A stretch of DNA of 64,000 bases from the human T2T-CHM13v2.0 reference genome, Homo sapiens (GCF_009914755.1 NC_060945.1), one strand, 5' to 3'; positions 11,810 to 27,124 are shown, counted from the stretch's first letter. Numbers and translations are program-made. The notes: generated by a model not told the origin, from the letters alone.

Positions 11810-13035
11810 CCCTACCTCCCCTTGATTATCAGGGTTAATTACTCTTGACAACATGCTGGCTTTTTTTATTGCCTGTTCATCTTTGGCAGTGCAGTACATA
11901 ACAGTATTTATGGGTCCCATCGTCATATCTGTACCACCATATCTCCTTTGCTGTAAAGTGACTCTTCTGTTTTAAAAAATGGTATTGATGGATTACCAGA
12001 TCACATTTCAAACATTCAGTAAATCCTTTGATATTAGTGCTTACAATGCCTTGCACAGAGGAAAGAAAGATACATGTTATAATAGTGACAAACCAACTTT
12101 CCTTCCAGGTTGAGAGTGTTGCATGCACCAGATTTTTATGAAGTAGCTGGAAATTCTCCTTGAAAAATTATGCCATGTCAAAGATCTCTGTTTCTTAGAT
12201 ATTTGGTATTCTGCAGCAGCATTAACTAGATTAGCTTTTGTGGGTGGGAGGTTACGCTGTTAATCCATGGATATTCTCTATCTCTAACACTATGTCCACT
12301 TCATATATGTACTTTGTGCCTGCTATGGGGTAGCCAATGACAGAACCTGGATAATGAGAACTTGCCAAGTCACTGCTTCTGTGTGGCTTTTTGGGACTGA
12401 CTCTTCTATGATGAATCCTTGCTGTAAACTTAAAATGCAATACAAAGATCTACACAATTTGTTCCAACTCACGTAGACACACCCACGTTTCTTCCACAGA
12501 CCTCTTTTCATGTTCTTGATAATCATCTATGTTATTTCTCATTACCCATAAGTTCATTCATTCTTACCTTAGGACACTTCTATTTCTGCATAAGTTGGAA
12601 TAACCAGGCATGCTGCTTGACACTCTGCTTTTTAGGAAGATTACCCCAGATAATAGATATGCAGCAGGGATGCAGCAGGTTCATTGGAGACTCATCATAA
12701 CAACAACTCTCTGCAAGTGAAGGAAGCAGAACTGGAATAACAGAAATGTTGAACTAAGATGCGGTTACAAAGATAACTACAGAAATAATTGAAATTGGCA
12801 TGAAACTTCAGAATTTCCCAGAAAGAGAAAATGGCATGGAATTTTGAATTCCAGATAGATTAATAAATGGGATGCAGAGTGCCCCCAAGAGGGGGCATAA
12901 AATGAAAGAGCAAACTTCCCTGTGCAGACTGCATTTTCTTGTGAACTAGTAGCACTGAAGACTCCTAGTACCTGGGAAAAAGGTGCCTTTACCCTGAAGG
13001 AAGAATATGAGAAGCACAACAGAGCATCCACTTTG
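11810..13035 (-). mobile_element. ERVL internal fragment (integrase region) plus LTR33-like sequence
   Basis: ORF 11877-12128 (…QKSHFTAKEIWW…DGTHKYCY…) resembles the ERVL integrase motif THFTAKEV. GTGAAGGAAGCAGAACTGG...GTTGAACTAAGATGC at about 12720 resembles LTR33. Confidence 0.55.
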
Positions 13036-13489
13036 GGAAGAACATTGGTGTAAATGGAGATAATGTGAAAGGTCACCACATAAATGGGAATAGTTTTGAA
13101 GACTGCTGACTTTTTGAAATAGTCTTTCTTAATAATTTAATCAAGAAACGAATGTAAAAGCACTTCGGACATTATAAGCATCACACCAATATAAAGGGCT
13201 GTTATTATTTAAAAAAAACCTTCAGGGCAATATCTATCTTGATTTAACTGATGTACTATTGAAAAGAAGCTATTGTCAGCAGGCACATGAGTCAGTTAAA
13301 TAATTTAAAGCTTAGCTATAGTGGCTAATGAAAATGTAAGAAAGAGCAAGTATCTTCTTTGCCTGCTTAAAATGTGTCAATCCACCTTTAAGATTTTTAC
13401 TAAACTAGGTGTAACTACAATTTTTAGATTCATCATGATACTTGACAGCAATGAGGAAAGATTCTTTTTCAAATTTTTAGAGCATCTTT

Positions 13490-13945
13490 TACTACTATGG
13501 TACATTGTCACAATGAATGAACTATAATAAATAAGGTTAATAAATTACAATAAATAAGGTTGATGCATTATTAACTGAAGTCTCTTCTTTATTAAGATTC
13601 CTTAGTTTTTATGAAGTGCCATTTTTCTGTTTAAGAATATCATTCAGAATGCCACATTACATTTAATCATCATGTTCCTTAAACTCCTTTTGGCCATGAC
13701 AGTTTCTCAGACTTGTTTTTTATGACCTTGACAGTTTTGAACACTACTGGTCAGTTATTTTAAATAATGTTTCTCAACTGGAAATTTTCTGATGTTTTTA
13801 TCATGACTGTTCTTGGGGTTATGTGTTTTCAGCAGAAAAATAACAGAGGCAAAGTGTCATTTTCATAATATATCAAGGGTACATGTCATCAACATAACTT
13901 ATCACTGTTTACAATTATATTAACCATCTGTCTGAGGTATTGACC
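13490..13945 (-). mobile_element. L1MC/L1MD 3'UTR fragment
   Basis: GACAGTTTCTCAGACTTG...TGACCTTGACAGTTTTGAACACTACTGGTCAG is characteristic of the L1MC/MD 3' end. Confidence 0.75.
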
Positions 13946-13999
13946 GTCAAGTATAATGATATTTGACACTGTTTTCTAAACTGTAAAACATACTTACAA

Positions 14000-14150
14000 T
14001 CAACCATATGACCTTATGTAGCACATCACTTAACTTTTGAAAATCTTAGATATCTATCAGTAAAATGGGAATAAAGATGACTGCCTCCAATGTTTTATGT
14101 AATAAACAACATAAATAGTAAATTTATAGCCACTTGGTATGATCAAAACT
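14000..14150 (+). mobile_element. MIR fragment
   Basis: TGACCTT...TCACTTAAC...TATCAGTAAAATGGGAATAA MIR core. Confidence 0.55.
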
Positions 14151-14174
14151 TACAAAAAATATAACGTATTACTT

Positions 14175-14330
14175 TCGCTATTTAACATTTATTGAGTGCT
14201 TTGTGGGTGAAATTCACCATTGTATTAGCTATGAGTAATTATGCAAACAAAACAGACATGGTACCTAACTTAAAAATTTTATGTTTAAAGGGAAAGAGCA
14301 TGCACATAAATCACTATAGTATAAGCAAAG
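14175..14330 (-). mobile_element. L2 3' end fragment
   Basis: CATTTATTGAGTGCTT...AAACAAAACAGACATGGTACCT. Confidence 0.5.
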
Positions 14331-14880
14331 GAAGAAAAAGCAATTCTGTTTATAAATTTTTCTCTAAAACTATACATCAAGAAGTGTGTGATACATTAGA
14401 AAGTAATGTACAGAGTACCTCATTTCATCTGCTCACATACCCTGTGAAAAAGGAGGTTTTTTTCAATTTAATTTTTCAGCAGAAAAAAGCAGAAGTCTTG
14501 AGAAAAAATGCTTTAGATTCAGGGGAAAAATATATCTAAAATCATGACAAATGTTAATGTGTTTCTCCAATTTCAATCTGACATTGAAAAGTCTTTCTTA
14601 TTAGTTGATCACCATCAGGTGAACTTTCAATTTATTTTCTAAAGAATAGTGGGAGGAGAGATATGGTTGAAAAGCAAAATGTTTTCAAAGGTCATGAAAA
14701 GGGGAATGCTGACAAAAGAGAACAGGACATTCTCCTAGGGAGTGCCTTACATGATAATTTAATTTCTTAAAACACTCAGATGAAAAAGAGATCTTTTACC
14801 CTGGTTTTTTGCCTGCAGAGACTGGTAAGGCCAAGCTCTTCCAGTAAGCAACCAAGCATGAAAAATAATTTAACATATTA

Positions 14881-14995
14881 GAGTTAGTGGGTGCAGCGCA
14901 ACAGCATGGCACATGTATACATATGTAACTAACCTGCACAATGTGCACATGTACCCTAAAACTTAAAGTATAATTAAAAAAAAAAAGAAAAAAAA
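14881..14995 (+). mobile_element. Young L1PA2-type 5'-truncated insertion (about 115 bp) with TSD
   Basis: GAGTTAGTGGGTGCAGCGCA...AACTAACCTGCACAATGTGCACATGTACCCTAAAACTTAAAGTATAAT plus A-tail. AATTTAACATATTAGA on both sides (14867-14882 and 14996-15011). Confidence 0.93.
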
Positions 14996-16419
14996 AATTT
15001 AACATATTAGAAACTACTGTTTAGTCCTATGTTTGGCAACTTATTTTTCTATTAACTTACGAGCCCTTTAAATCTAGCTACTTCAGCACTGGAGCTTATT
15101 CACAGGTAATATTATAAATATTCAGTTTTTGTTGAAAATTTGAACACCTGACTGAAATTAGAAGATATTTATAAGTGAATAAATGAAGAAACGAATATGC
15201 TGAAACAAAAGGACAGAAAGACAACTGTAAAACAATTTATAGCTATTATGTTAAAGCACATGATTCTTTACAAAGTTGATTGGAATTAAGAGAGAGATAA
15301 TTTATATTAAAAATCTTTCTTTGTGTTTACTAGATAATATAATATTTCTCAAAGTTAATTTTGTACACATATAATTTGAAAATGTATTGGTTTATGTTCT
15401 CCTTTTTGCCTGATAATCCACAATGGATAAAAAGATGATGTCATATTTGAACATTACATCTGAATTTCTGTCCTTTCCAAGGTGTAGATACAATTGTCTC
15501 TTTGATATGGAATGGAGAGACTCGTATGTAGGCATTTTGAGTTTACAAAGAAATTCCAAAATTTAACTGCTGTTACATCAGAGAGTATTTCAATTTCTGA
15601 CAAAGTCTGAACACATTGGCTGGCCATCATCTCCCTTGCTCTTTAGTTAAACTAATCTATGTGCTAAAATAAAGGAAAAGAGCAAGGTGATGAGAGAAAA
15701 ATCAGTCAGTTTAGTAAAGCTGGTTTCCCTCCTACTTTTTTGTACTTTACATTATTCCTTTTATGTTTATAATTACACAACATAATTATTTTGAGGGATT
15801 TATGTACAGAAAATATATTTTTGGGAAAAAGATAATATCCATAATTGTGTATCCATTAATAATAGATTTAAAGAGAGATACAACAATAATGAATATACTT
15901 TGATGAACCTGTTGGATATCAGTTGACTAGAAGAGTCAGAAAATAGTATCATAATAAGGAGAAACATTGGTACTATTTTTCAAGGATTTGAAGTGATACA
16001 TAAATACGGCTTCTAGTACATAAGATGGTGGGTCAAACCATTCTGTTTTGTAGATAGCATATAGTTGGAAGGTGCTTTGTTTTTGTTTTCTATTTTATCA
16101 ACTGTAATGTTTATAGCACATATATTTAATATGATTAAAGTATGGTTGGCTTTAAATTTACCAGTGTGCTGTTTTTAGTTTTGACCCAGAAGGAACCCAG
16201 TATGCATTTTTGAGCTCTTTTCTTGCTTGTTTCTTTCCACAGCTCTGCCTTGTTATTTCCTGTAGTCTCAGCCTCCCTAAATTCTGATATTTTTTTCTCC
16301 TACTGGAAATCTGCTAGACTCAATTTAGGTTTTCTTCCCAAGCCAATATTCTGGAAGATGTCTCCAAGCAGAAATATGGTGCAGCTGTGTTGACAAATCT
16401 GTGTTGACAAATATTTGGA

Positions 16420-17020
16420 ATATGAAAACTTACTGGTTGGTACATAAAACATGACACTTTGGGCAACTATTTATTTTTTTAAAGTTATACACTTAACATA
16501 TAATGTTTTCCTTCCATTCCTAGACATGTACCCCCCACAAAAAGACAGCATATTTACACACAAAAACTTATTTTCACATATTTATAGGATTTTTACTTTT
16601 CACTAATTCCAAACTGAAACCAACCCATATGCCCATCCACATGTATATGGATAAATCCAACTTGTTATATGCGTACAATGTAATTCTACTCAGCAATACA
16701 AAGAAACAAAATACTGGTCAACCACAACATGAATAAATCTAGGTTATTTTGCTAAGTGAACCTAGTCAGATACAAAGTAACATAAATAGCAGATCTTAAA
16801 TTTAGTAAAAGTTAATAAAATGTAAGCAAATCATTAGTGGTTACATAGGTCCAAAGTCAGTGGAAGGAATCAACTAGCAAGAGGCAAAAGGAATCTTTAG
16901 GGGATTATGACCACATTCTCTTATCTTAATTATGTCGGTGACTTTATGAGTATATACATCTGTCACAACTCTTCAAAATGTGTGCTTTACATGGATAATA
17001 TTTATTAAATTTGATTTAAT
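16420..17020 (+). mobile_element. L1ME/L1MB 3' fragment
   Basis: CCATTCCTAGACATGTACCC, CCAAACTGAAACCAACCCATATGCCCATC and TTTATGAGTATATACATCTGTCACAACTC. Confidence 0.7.
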
Positions 17021-18164
17021 GAAACAATGTGTGAGGAATAGAACACCTAGATTAAGTTAAATTGTTGTCTAATTCATTGCTTCAATCCAGAAGTGATTTT
17101 TATAGAGTAATATTAATATGTTATGAGACCTTATGTAACAGGACTTTTGCATATTACAGAGACGTTATTTTATCTTTCACAAGCATAATACAATCATAAG
17201 ACTGAGGGAAATTATGTACTTATTTCTTTAAAAGCTTCTTCAAAGTCACCTTACAATATTAAAAGCAAAAATCAAACATACACTATAAATCTAATCATGA
17301 ATAAATGTCAAACAAAGAAATATTGAGATTTGACAGCAATTTATTCTTAAATAGTTCAAGGCAAAAATGTTATTTGTACTGTTTTTTTATACACTTGAAA
17401 TTATTTACAAATTTTAAAGTGAGAGCAATAAAGAAAATATAAAATCAATCATATTGGAAATAAAAATCATGTTAATTTTTACGATATACTATTACAATTG
17501 AGATTTTTGTTTTGTGAACACATAAAGCAAAATACTGCCATTATTTTTGTCAGAAAAAGTGTAGATTCTGAGTATAAAACAAGAGAAATAATTTTTTTTG
17601 GAAATGAAAAAACACAATATTTTTTAAGCAACAGTCTAAACAAATTATACTGAACTACCATTCTAACTATAAATTTTCTTCTAAAAGTGTGATTCGCAAA
17701 AGATGAATTATATTCTCTTTAAGCAGGAAAAATTTTATGCAATTTCTTTAGGGGTTTGAAAAACAATTACTGTTTTATTTCAGTTGCCTTTATGATTTTG
17801 TCTCTTCTAATTTAATCAGTTCTTTCATAAAAACTATGTTTTTTATGTAATTTTTGTATTTTTACTACTAACTCTTGGTTATTTTCTTCCCAAACGCTGT
17901 AAAGCATAGCTCATAAAAAGTCTCCTTAATAGACATTGGAGATATGATTGTGTTGCGTGATGAATACTACTTGATGAAAAAAATTCACTGAGTTTTAATT
18001 ACAATTTTCAAGGGTACGATAATGTCACCCTTTTTTCATAAATATTTCCTTCTCTTTTGACTTTTTCTCATACCTTAAAAATCTATTTTATATCTCTATC
18101 TATACACATACATACATATATATGTATGTCTGTGTGTGTATACACATGTAAAATTACAGATTTT

Positions 18165-18533
18165 TGTTATGAACTAAATATTTATGTCCTCCCAAAACTC
18201 ATATGTTGAAGTCTAATCCCCAATGCAATGGTGTTTAGAGATGAGGACTTTGGGAGGTGATTAGGATTACATAAGGTCATGAAGGTAGAGCCTTCACAAG
18301 TAAGATTTGTGCCTTTATAAGAGTCATGAAAAAGCTTATTTCCCCTCTTTATTCTTTGCCATGTGAAGATACAGTGAGGAGTCAGCAGTTTGCAGCTTGG
18401 AAGAGAGCCTTCACCAAAACCTGATCATCCCTTGATCTTTGATTTTGAGGATCCAGAAATGTGAAAAATCTATTTCTGGTTTTTATAAGCCACACACTCT
18501 ATGGTACTTGATTATAGCAGCTGGAATTTACAC
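18165..18533 (+). mobile_element. MLT1A-type solo LTR (MaLR)
   Basis: TGTTATGAACTAAATATTTATGTCCTCCCAAAACTCATATGTTGAAG...TAAGCCACACACTCTATGGTACTTGATTATAGCAGC. Confidence 0.85.
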
Positions 18534-19502
18534 AAAAATATGTCTTTAACTAAAAGACTTCATTGTTAAACAGCAAAGATGTATATCAAGCAGATACATC
18601 ACTGTTAGGAAGAGGGCCTTTTTGGTCTGGATGGGAAATCTAAGCACACTCGGCAACAGGTGGCAGGAGCACACTGGACCAACATGCAGATCCAGCCTTG
18701 AAAAGTACCAATCGGGAGAAATTGAACAAATCATCTAACCTCTTTCATTATTTGTTTTGTTGACTTGTTGAATGTGAGTAATAACAAATTTGAAAGCTTG
18801 TGGTGAGTACTGAAGACAACATATGCAAAATTGAGTTGATAAACTGTAATTTTCAATATTTACATTACTATAAATGGAGAGGAAAAGACTCTAACCTACT
18901 TTACCCTTCAATTTTCTTGTAATTATAGTACTAATTAGAGGATGATTGTAGCTATACCCCAAGCTGGGTAAAGGTCAGTGATGCACACTCACAGTTTTTG
19001 AATTGAATTCAACCAATAAACTAAAGGAGTGGAGAGAGCAGGCTAAAAAGCACACTCTGTAGTTGGGCCAGCGCACTCTGTTCTGGAATTTCCTCCATGA
19101 GTCCCATGTTTCTTCCTGCATTTATATATTTTATTATAACAGCACGAATCAACATAATCACCCCATTTAAATGAAAACATCTTTCCAAGCACCACGAATT
19201 TTTGACATAATTATTAAAGTATACGTGAAAAAGGAAGGTGAAAACACTATTACATAAATAAAAGATAATTGAATATTAAAATATCCTGCAGTAATACAGT
19301 TAAAGAATAGAGATTCTATAAGTCAGAGAAGAAAAATTCCTCCACCGAATTTTTTAATTCATCCTAAGTGTCATTGATTTAAGTTTGTTGATACCTAAAT
19401 TTCAATTTACTTAAAATTTATTTGGAAATTTAAGACATAGTAACATTTGCAGTTTTTAGCAACTTATGTTCTTATTGACTACTTAAAGAAGTTAGTATTT
19501 TA

Positions 19503-20165
<663 letters not shown>

Positions 20166-20579
20166 AGGATTTTTAAAGATTTAAAACATTCATTGAATCT
20201 ACAATTTTCCAATTTAATATATGTTTTCAGTGGTTATTAATTATAGCATAGGATATTTGAGGATTTTGACTTAAAAAATATTTTAGTGCAACAAAATGAA
20301 ATTTAGCTCTTAAAAACAATACTGAAAATTTTCTTCTTGGCATTTAAAAACCAAGATTCTGGATATCCAGCTGATTAGGTTTAATGTAAAATGCATTAGT
20401 GTGTAGTGCTGAGCATTTCAGAATGCTTTTATCAAGAGGTCCAAACAAACGCAGTGGGTCATAATGTCAAATCAGTGGAATAATTCATGAACCAACTCAT
20501 CCTCTGACTTACTGACACTTACCAAGCTGTTGCCTTTAACCCCTAGCAAACCTATCTTAGAAATTAGAGGTTTACAAAG

Positions 20580-20800
20580 GAATATATATATTTATTTATA
20601 TATATATACACACACACACACGTATATAACAGAGAAATATATAGAGAAATCATTATTTTTACATATATGTAAAATAAATATATTTCTATTTTTACATGTA
20701 TGTATATTCTTTCTAGAAAATATATATTTAATAAACTTATAATTCTTGATTACATAGAAAGTAAAAATATAATACGTATTAAGTATATATATTTAGTAAA
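20580..20800. repeat. (TA)/(CA)-rich low-complexity tract
   Basis: Read directly from the sequence. Confidence 0.8.
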
Positions 20801-22287
20801 CTTCTTATCTTTGAGTACATCTCATACATTTTCTTATATTCTTAGTTGCATATGAATTAATTGCTGAAACTGTTTGTTTTTGAAGTTGATTGAAGATGGA
20901 GGTAACTCATTTTTATTCGTATTTTCGACCATTGACTCTTTTAGGATGCCTCCCTGTCTTTTCCTCCTACCCCTAAATATAAATATATAGTTATTTTACT
21001 TTCCTAGGGCCTCATTCTAAACCAACATACAAATAAATTTACAAAGGAAAAAATAAAATATGTATTATAACATGCAAAGTGATACTTGAGTTCAGTTATT
21101 ATGGTAATAAAAACAGTAAATTTCCTTATAATATCAATTTCTTAATCCTGTACCAATCTGATGCCAAGACACATTTCAGACAAAAATCTAATTTTTCAAT
21201 AGATTACATTATAACTGACTAATCAGAGAATAAAGGACAAGCACTGTGGACATAAATTTGTTTTTCTCCTTTCTACATCAAGAATACTTACATCTCTTTT
21301 TTTAAACAAAGAGGATCATCAGTGATAATACCTAATTACAATATTCATTTTCCTATTTAAGTTATAGAGATATATGCTTTTCTTTTCTATTCTTCTATAG
21401 TTACTATTACAAAGTAATGAACAACGAAACATTGTAATGATATATGGAAATTTGTAAACATTGATACCAATGAATCTTTTTATTCTTCCCGACAGTTGTA
21501 ACGTATATATTATGCTTGATACTGTAGTGCCCTGAGACTTCTGGTAACATTCTCTTTTAGATATAGTAGATCATATATGCACACTAAATATAGTAGATCA
21601 TATCTGCATGAAACATGCAGCAGCTTGGGGTCAATAATAGGCATGCACTTCTGAAATCTAAATGTTCATGAGTCCCATAAACCATAACCTGAAACAAGAA
21701 AATTTGAGTACCTATGCTGCAACTACTACTTTCAATATTTTATTAATGATTTACAAAACCATGAATACATGCTTTACATTATTTAATTCTGCTATTTCAA
21801 AAGTGAATCTATAACATGTAGGAATCTACAAAAATCACAATAGTATTGTTGAAAAACTAACTACTTATTCCAAACTCCCTACCCCCACCATTCTGTGATA
21901 CTTTTATTTTTCTTGTTGAAACTCTCACATTCTAGAAAGTGTGGACTCAGCTTAGGGCCTAGTTAATGCTGGTGATGAAGAAGAAATTCAGTAGATTTTA
22001 GCTAAAATAATGTACACGAATATATTATTAATTTATTTATTAATGGTCTTATAATGATTATAATAGTGATTGCTCACCAGATCACCAAATATGAAGTATT
22101 ATTGTCTAATATAAATGTTAATTTTAAAATATATAATATGTATTTGTATAAATATTTTCAATACAGTTATTGAGTACATGGCAGCATTTTTTAAATGTAA
22201 AGAATAATAAAACTAAAAAATGATATATGAAAATTTATCTCTTCAGGAAAATGCAAAAAACAATAAATATGTTTAGACATTATTGTA

Positions 22288-24173
22288 TGTCTTAGTTTAT
22301 GCCGTTATAGAAAAAATCCATAGAATGGGTGGCTTCACCCAGGTAAATTCATTTCTAATAGTTCTGAAGGCTGGGAAGTCAAAGGTCAAAGTGACAGTAA
22401 GTCTGTTGTCTAATGAGGACACTCTTCCTGATTTTCAGATAGCCCTCTTTTCATATTATACTCACATGGCAGAAAGCAGAGATTTACAGCAAGCTCTCAG
22501 GTCTCTTCTTATGTAGACACTAATCTAATTCCTGAGAGCTCCACCTTCACAACTTAAATACCTCCCTAAGTCCACACCTCCTAATATCATCACATCAGGA
22601 ATCAGGACTTTAACATATGAATTTTGAGGGACACAGACATTGCCCATAACACTACATCCCTGGCTGCCCAAAATGTATATCCCTGCATGCCAAATACATT
22701 TATTTTACCCTAATAATCTCCAAAGTCTTAATTCATTCCAATATCAGCTATAAAGGGTAAAGTCCAAGGTCTTATTGGAACGTCATCTAAATTAGGTAGA
22801 GATAATACTTGAAGTGAGATTCATTCTAAGGCAAAATTCTCTGCAGCTGTGAGCCTGTGAAACCAAACAAGTTATCTGCTTCAAAAATATAATTATAGGA
22901 CAGGCATAGAGAAGACATTTCCATTTTTAAAGGGGGAAATAGGGAAAAAGGAAGGGACGATCTGTCCCAAGCAATTCTAAAATGTAGCAAGGAAAACTCC
23001 ATGAGTTCTTAAGGCTTGAGAACAATCTCCTTTGGCCTGATATTTTGCCTTTCATACCCACTGGGGTAGTACTGTTATCCCCACAGCTCAGTGCCCCATG
23101 CTGTGGCAATCTGTAGCGGCCCCACCCATGCTGAGGCTCTAATGGGTAGGAGGTCATGCTCCAGAGATGTGCAGGGTGGCTTTGCCTCCGCAATTTCTTT
23201 AGGAAGACTTCTGCCCTGTTGAAAGTTAGACAGTGTCCCTGATGGTCTCTGAATCACTTTCAGTGATTCTTCTTCCCTTTTCTTGAAGAACAGCACACAT
23301 TTCTTGAAGAAGAGCACACATTTACAGTCTTGCTTCATTACATCTCATTTTCCGTGTTTCCTTTAGTCCTAGTGTTTTCCTGGAATCATGCTATCTCTAT
23401 TCTGGGCTTCTATTGAGAGAGCTGGGAATTTCTGGTTTACCCCCACACTAATCTCCTTATCAAATGGTTGGTTTGCCACACCATTACTGTTCTCCTCCAA
23501 ACAAACACTCATTCACATTATGTGTGTGTATATATATACACACATATACACATATATACACACGTGTATATGTATATATGCTTTGAATGTTTTAAATATT
23601 TAAGTCCTGGGTTTTTTTGGCTTAACAATTTCTTTTCCAATTCATTTATCTCTTTTTTCATTTTATTGTAAACATTCAGGTGAAATGAAACCATTCCGTA
23701 AACATTTTGGTTAGAAATGCTTTGAGTTAAATATTCAATATCACAAGTTATACATTCTACCTTCCACAAAACATTACTACACAAACACAGTTCAGCCAAG
23801 TTCTTTGGCACTTTATATCACAGATTATCCGTCTGCTTTCTAAAAACATCTCGCTTATTCCCATTTGATACCTCATTAGAATGACCCTTATAACTCATAT
23901 TTCTATTAACATTCTGTTCATGATTACTTACGTGTTTTCTAAGGAGATGAACACTTTCTCGACAACTCCACTCTTCCCTTTCTGAGCTCTAACCAGAATT
24001 GCCTTTAGAAAGGTCCTTCACGGCAGTATTAGCTTCTTTTAGCACTTACTCAAAACCCTTCCAATTTCTATCCATAACCTAGTTCCAAAGCTACATTTAT
24101 GTTTTTAGGTATTTCTTATAGAACCATTCCACTCTCGGTACTAATTTCTCTCTTAGTCATTCAGTCCATAACA
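22288..24173 (-). mobile_element. MaLR provirus (MLT1A0/MST-like): LTR 22288-22650, internal 22651-24148, collapsed second LTR 24149-24173
   Basis: LTR TGTCTTAG...GCTGGGAAGTCAAAGGTCAA...CCCATAACA. The internal region ends in the typical CCACTCTCGGTACTAATTTC, followed by TCTCTTAGTCATTCAGTCCATAACA. Confidence 0.85.
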
Positions 24174-24824
24174 TTATCTGAATATAAAACTAATATACTC
24201 AATTTAAGATGCTGTGACAAATGGAGTAATATAGTCTTATAAACTGAAATTTTTCTCTCATAAATATGAGTTAAATACTCAAATATTTAAGTATGTTGAA
24301 CATTAAAAAATTAAATGTATTTTTGGTAGATCACACTGTGATTAAGAATAATTCAATATATGAGAAAAATAATGTTAAAGTAACTATAAATCCCATCCTT
24401 CAGGTCTAAATCATCATGAGCATTAGACAAAATTCATTTCTAACATTTTCTATACCTATTACAGATAGAATCATTGATAGGATAAGAAAAAGAAAGAAAA
24501 GTTTTACTTAAAATAGATTACTACTTTGTGTGATGTTTTCCAATCTAGTTATTATATTTCTTAGATCCTAGAAGAAGAAATGGAAGTGTATGCAAAGTAA
24601 GTATTTTTAATAATGTTTAATTACTGAATAGTTATTAATGACATTAAAAACCCCACAACACTATGAGTGAATAGAAACAAATATGAAAAACTTAACACGT
24701 TAAGCAAATTAAATACTGGTACTTTCACTCTTAGCTTCATGTAAACTTATGTTTCTCATTACTCCAATTAACAGTGCTCTTAAAACAATGAAATTTATAA
24801 TGATAGTGCCTCTGGAATTCGTGT

Positions 24825-24960
24825 GGGTGAAAGAAACATTGGTTTTAGAGTGAGATAATTATGAGTTCTAAACTGTCTCCAACACTCTCTATCGTCCATG
24901 GACTATTTTAAATACTTCAACCATAGTTTACTTATTTTGTTTCTGACATAGGATAATGAA
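24825..24960 (+). mobile_element. MIR fragment
   Basis: GTGAAAGAAACATTGGTTTTAGAGTGAGA...GAGTTCTAAACTGTCTCC. Confidence 0.5.
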
Positions 24961-26828
24961 TTACAAACACATTTTTTTTCCCTTTTAAGAGTTACAAAAA
25001 TAACAATCTATTATTTCTTTGTAAAAATAACTGAATGAGTGTCTCTCCAGGGAGGTACATCCTGAGACTTAGAACAAGAGGACTCACTTGAATACAGGCA
25101 TCATAAATTATGATTTTCTTAATGAAAATTGACTCACAGAATCATTATATGTGAAATATGCATCATTATTTAATGAATTATTATTCTAACTACCTTTGAA
25201 ATATTTAATAACTATTTTTAAGTTTTGAGCAGTAAAATTTGAATTCAATCAGTATATCAAGAATTTATAATTAGCATATGACAAGAAAAGAAAGCCCTTC
25301 TAGAATAAATTAGATGAATACAAAATAAACAATTTTAAAATAAGGTATAAGACGTCATGTAAGCTTTCCAAAATAAACACAGAGATACATCATTCTGTAG
25401 GGAACCAGAGTTTCTTCAGAAACAGATTTCACACCATTAACGTTTTCAGGAACAACAGGCAACTTGATGAGATGGTGTCCCAAAATGACATATTGAATAA
25501 CAATTGAAAGCAATTTAAATAATCACTGAATTTTTTGATGATATAACATATATTTCATAATTATCTGTTATTTATCCAAGAAGATAAAAAGGAAAAATTC
25601 AATAAAGAATCTTTATGAAGGATAGAATCCAACCCAATATTGAGAAATTCATTACCTAAATGACTAATTTTTAATAGGCTGCAGTTTTTATTTTATGTTT
25701 TCCTTGTAATAGATTAGAAGTAAATATTTTTATATTAACAAAATGTATTGCTAAAAACAGTACATGCAAATATCAGCTTAACAAATACTGAACCATAAAA
25801 ACCATTTGGTTTATAGTTTTATGTATTCTGACAAAGAAAATAAAATCTCATCCGATACAGAGCATCCCATCAGGAGTGGAAAATACTAAGAACAAATTTC
25901 TAATTCAGTGAATCATTGCCTTGTATTTTTGAAAGAAATGGTCTTAAAAATGTGAAGAATAAGCAGCAATATTTAGAGGGTACAGCCTTTGGGCAAAAAG
26001 CAATCTGCTTAGAAACAGAAGGTATCCTTTTACACATGGTACGGAAAGGAAAGAAGGAAGCAAAACGTGAAAATTAAGGGATCGAAAACATGATAAAAAT
26101 GCAAGCAAACCAACCCCCAATACTAGCAAATAATGACTGTACACTTCAATTTAGCAAAAAAAGAAAAAGATAAATATGTTATATGATCAAAACATATACC
26201 TTACCCAAAATAATGACAAAAATTAAAAAAATAAACAAGGACTATAATTGAATGCAAAACAAATAGCAATGGATATAAATTTAACATTCATAACAGAACC
26301 AATGAAGACAAAAAGATAAATCGATTTAAGCAACTTCTGGATATAGTGCTCTGACTATTCCCTTGGAAGATTGCATCAGAGGAAAAAATAAACTGCTGAG
26401 TTATCTTGAATCTTAACTAGTAGAATTGTTAATAATTTTGTTTAGAACTGGAATATCATGAGTTTTTACAAGCTCATAAATTATATATGTGTATGTAGAC
26501 ATATATTTGCATATATTATATATAAATACACATGTAACTACATGTATGTATAATATGTTATAAAACATGACTGAAAAATATTTTATTAGAAATTAGTAAT
26601 GATTCAAAAGGCAATCTGAGAAATTTAAAAAGCACGGTTGAGATTTAAAATTCATTATGCTCTAGCTTTTGAAGTTCTCCAACACAAAACCGAAACCCTG
26701 AAATTTAAAGTGACTGGGCTTTAGTTGCCCAACTTAGTGGCTGTGTTGAGGTTTCATTTTTTGTGTTTCTTCTGGCTGCTTCACAGCGAAGATTTAAGAT
26801 TTAAACTCACAAGCTATGAGAAAATTAA

Positions 26829-27124
<296 letters not shown>

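Noticed and set aside
14192-14539. 115-aa ORF
   Set aside because: It starts in an L2 remnant with a TTG start and has AT-biased composition with no recognisable homology.
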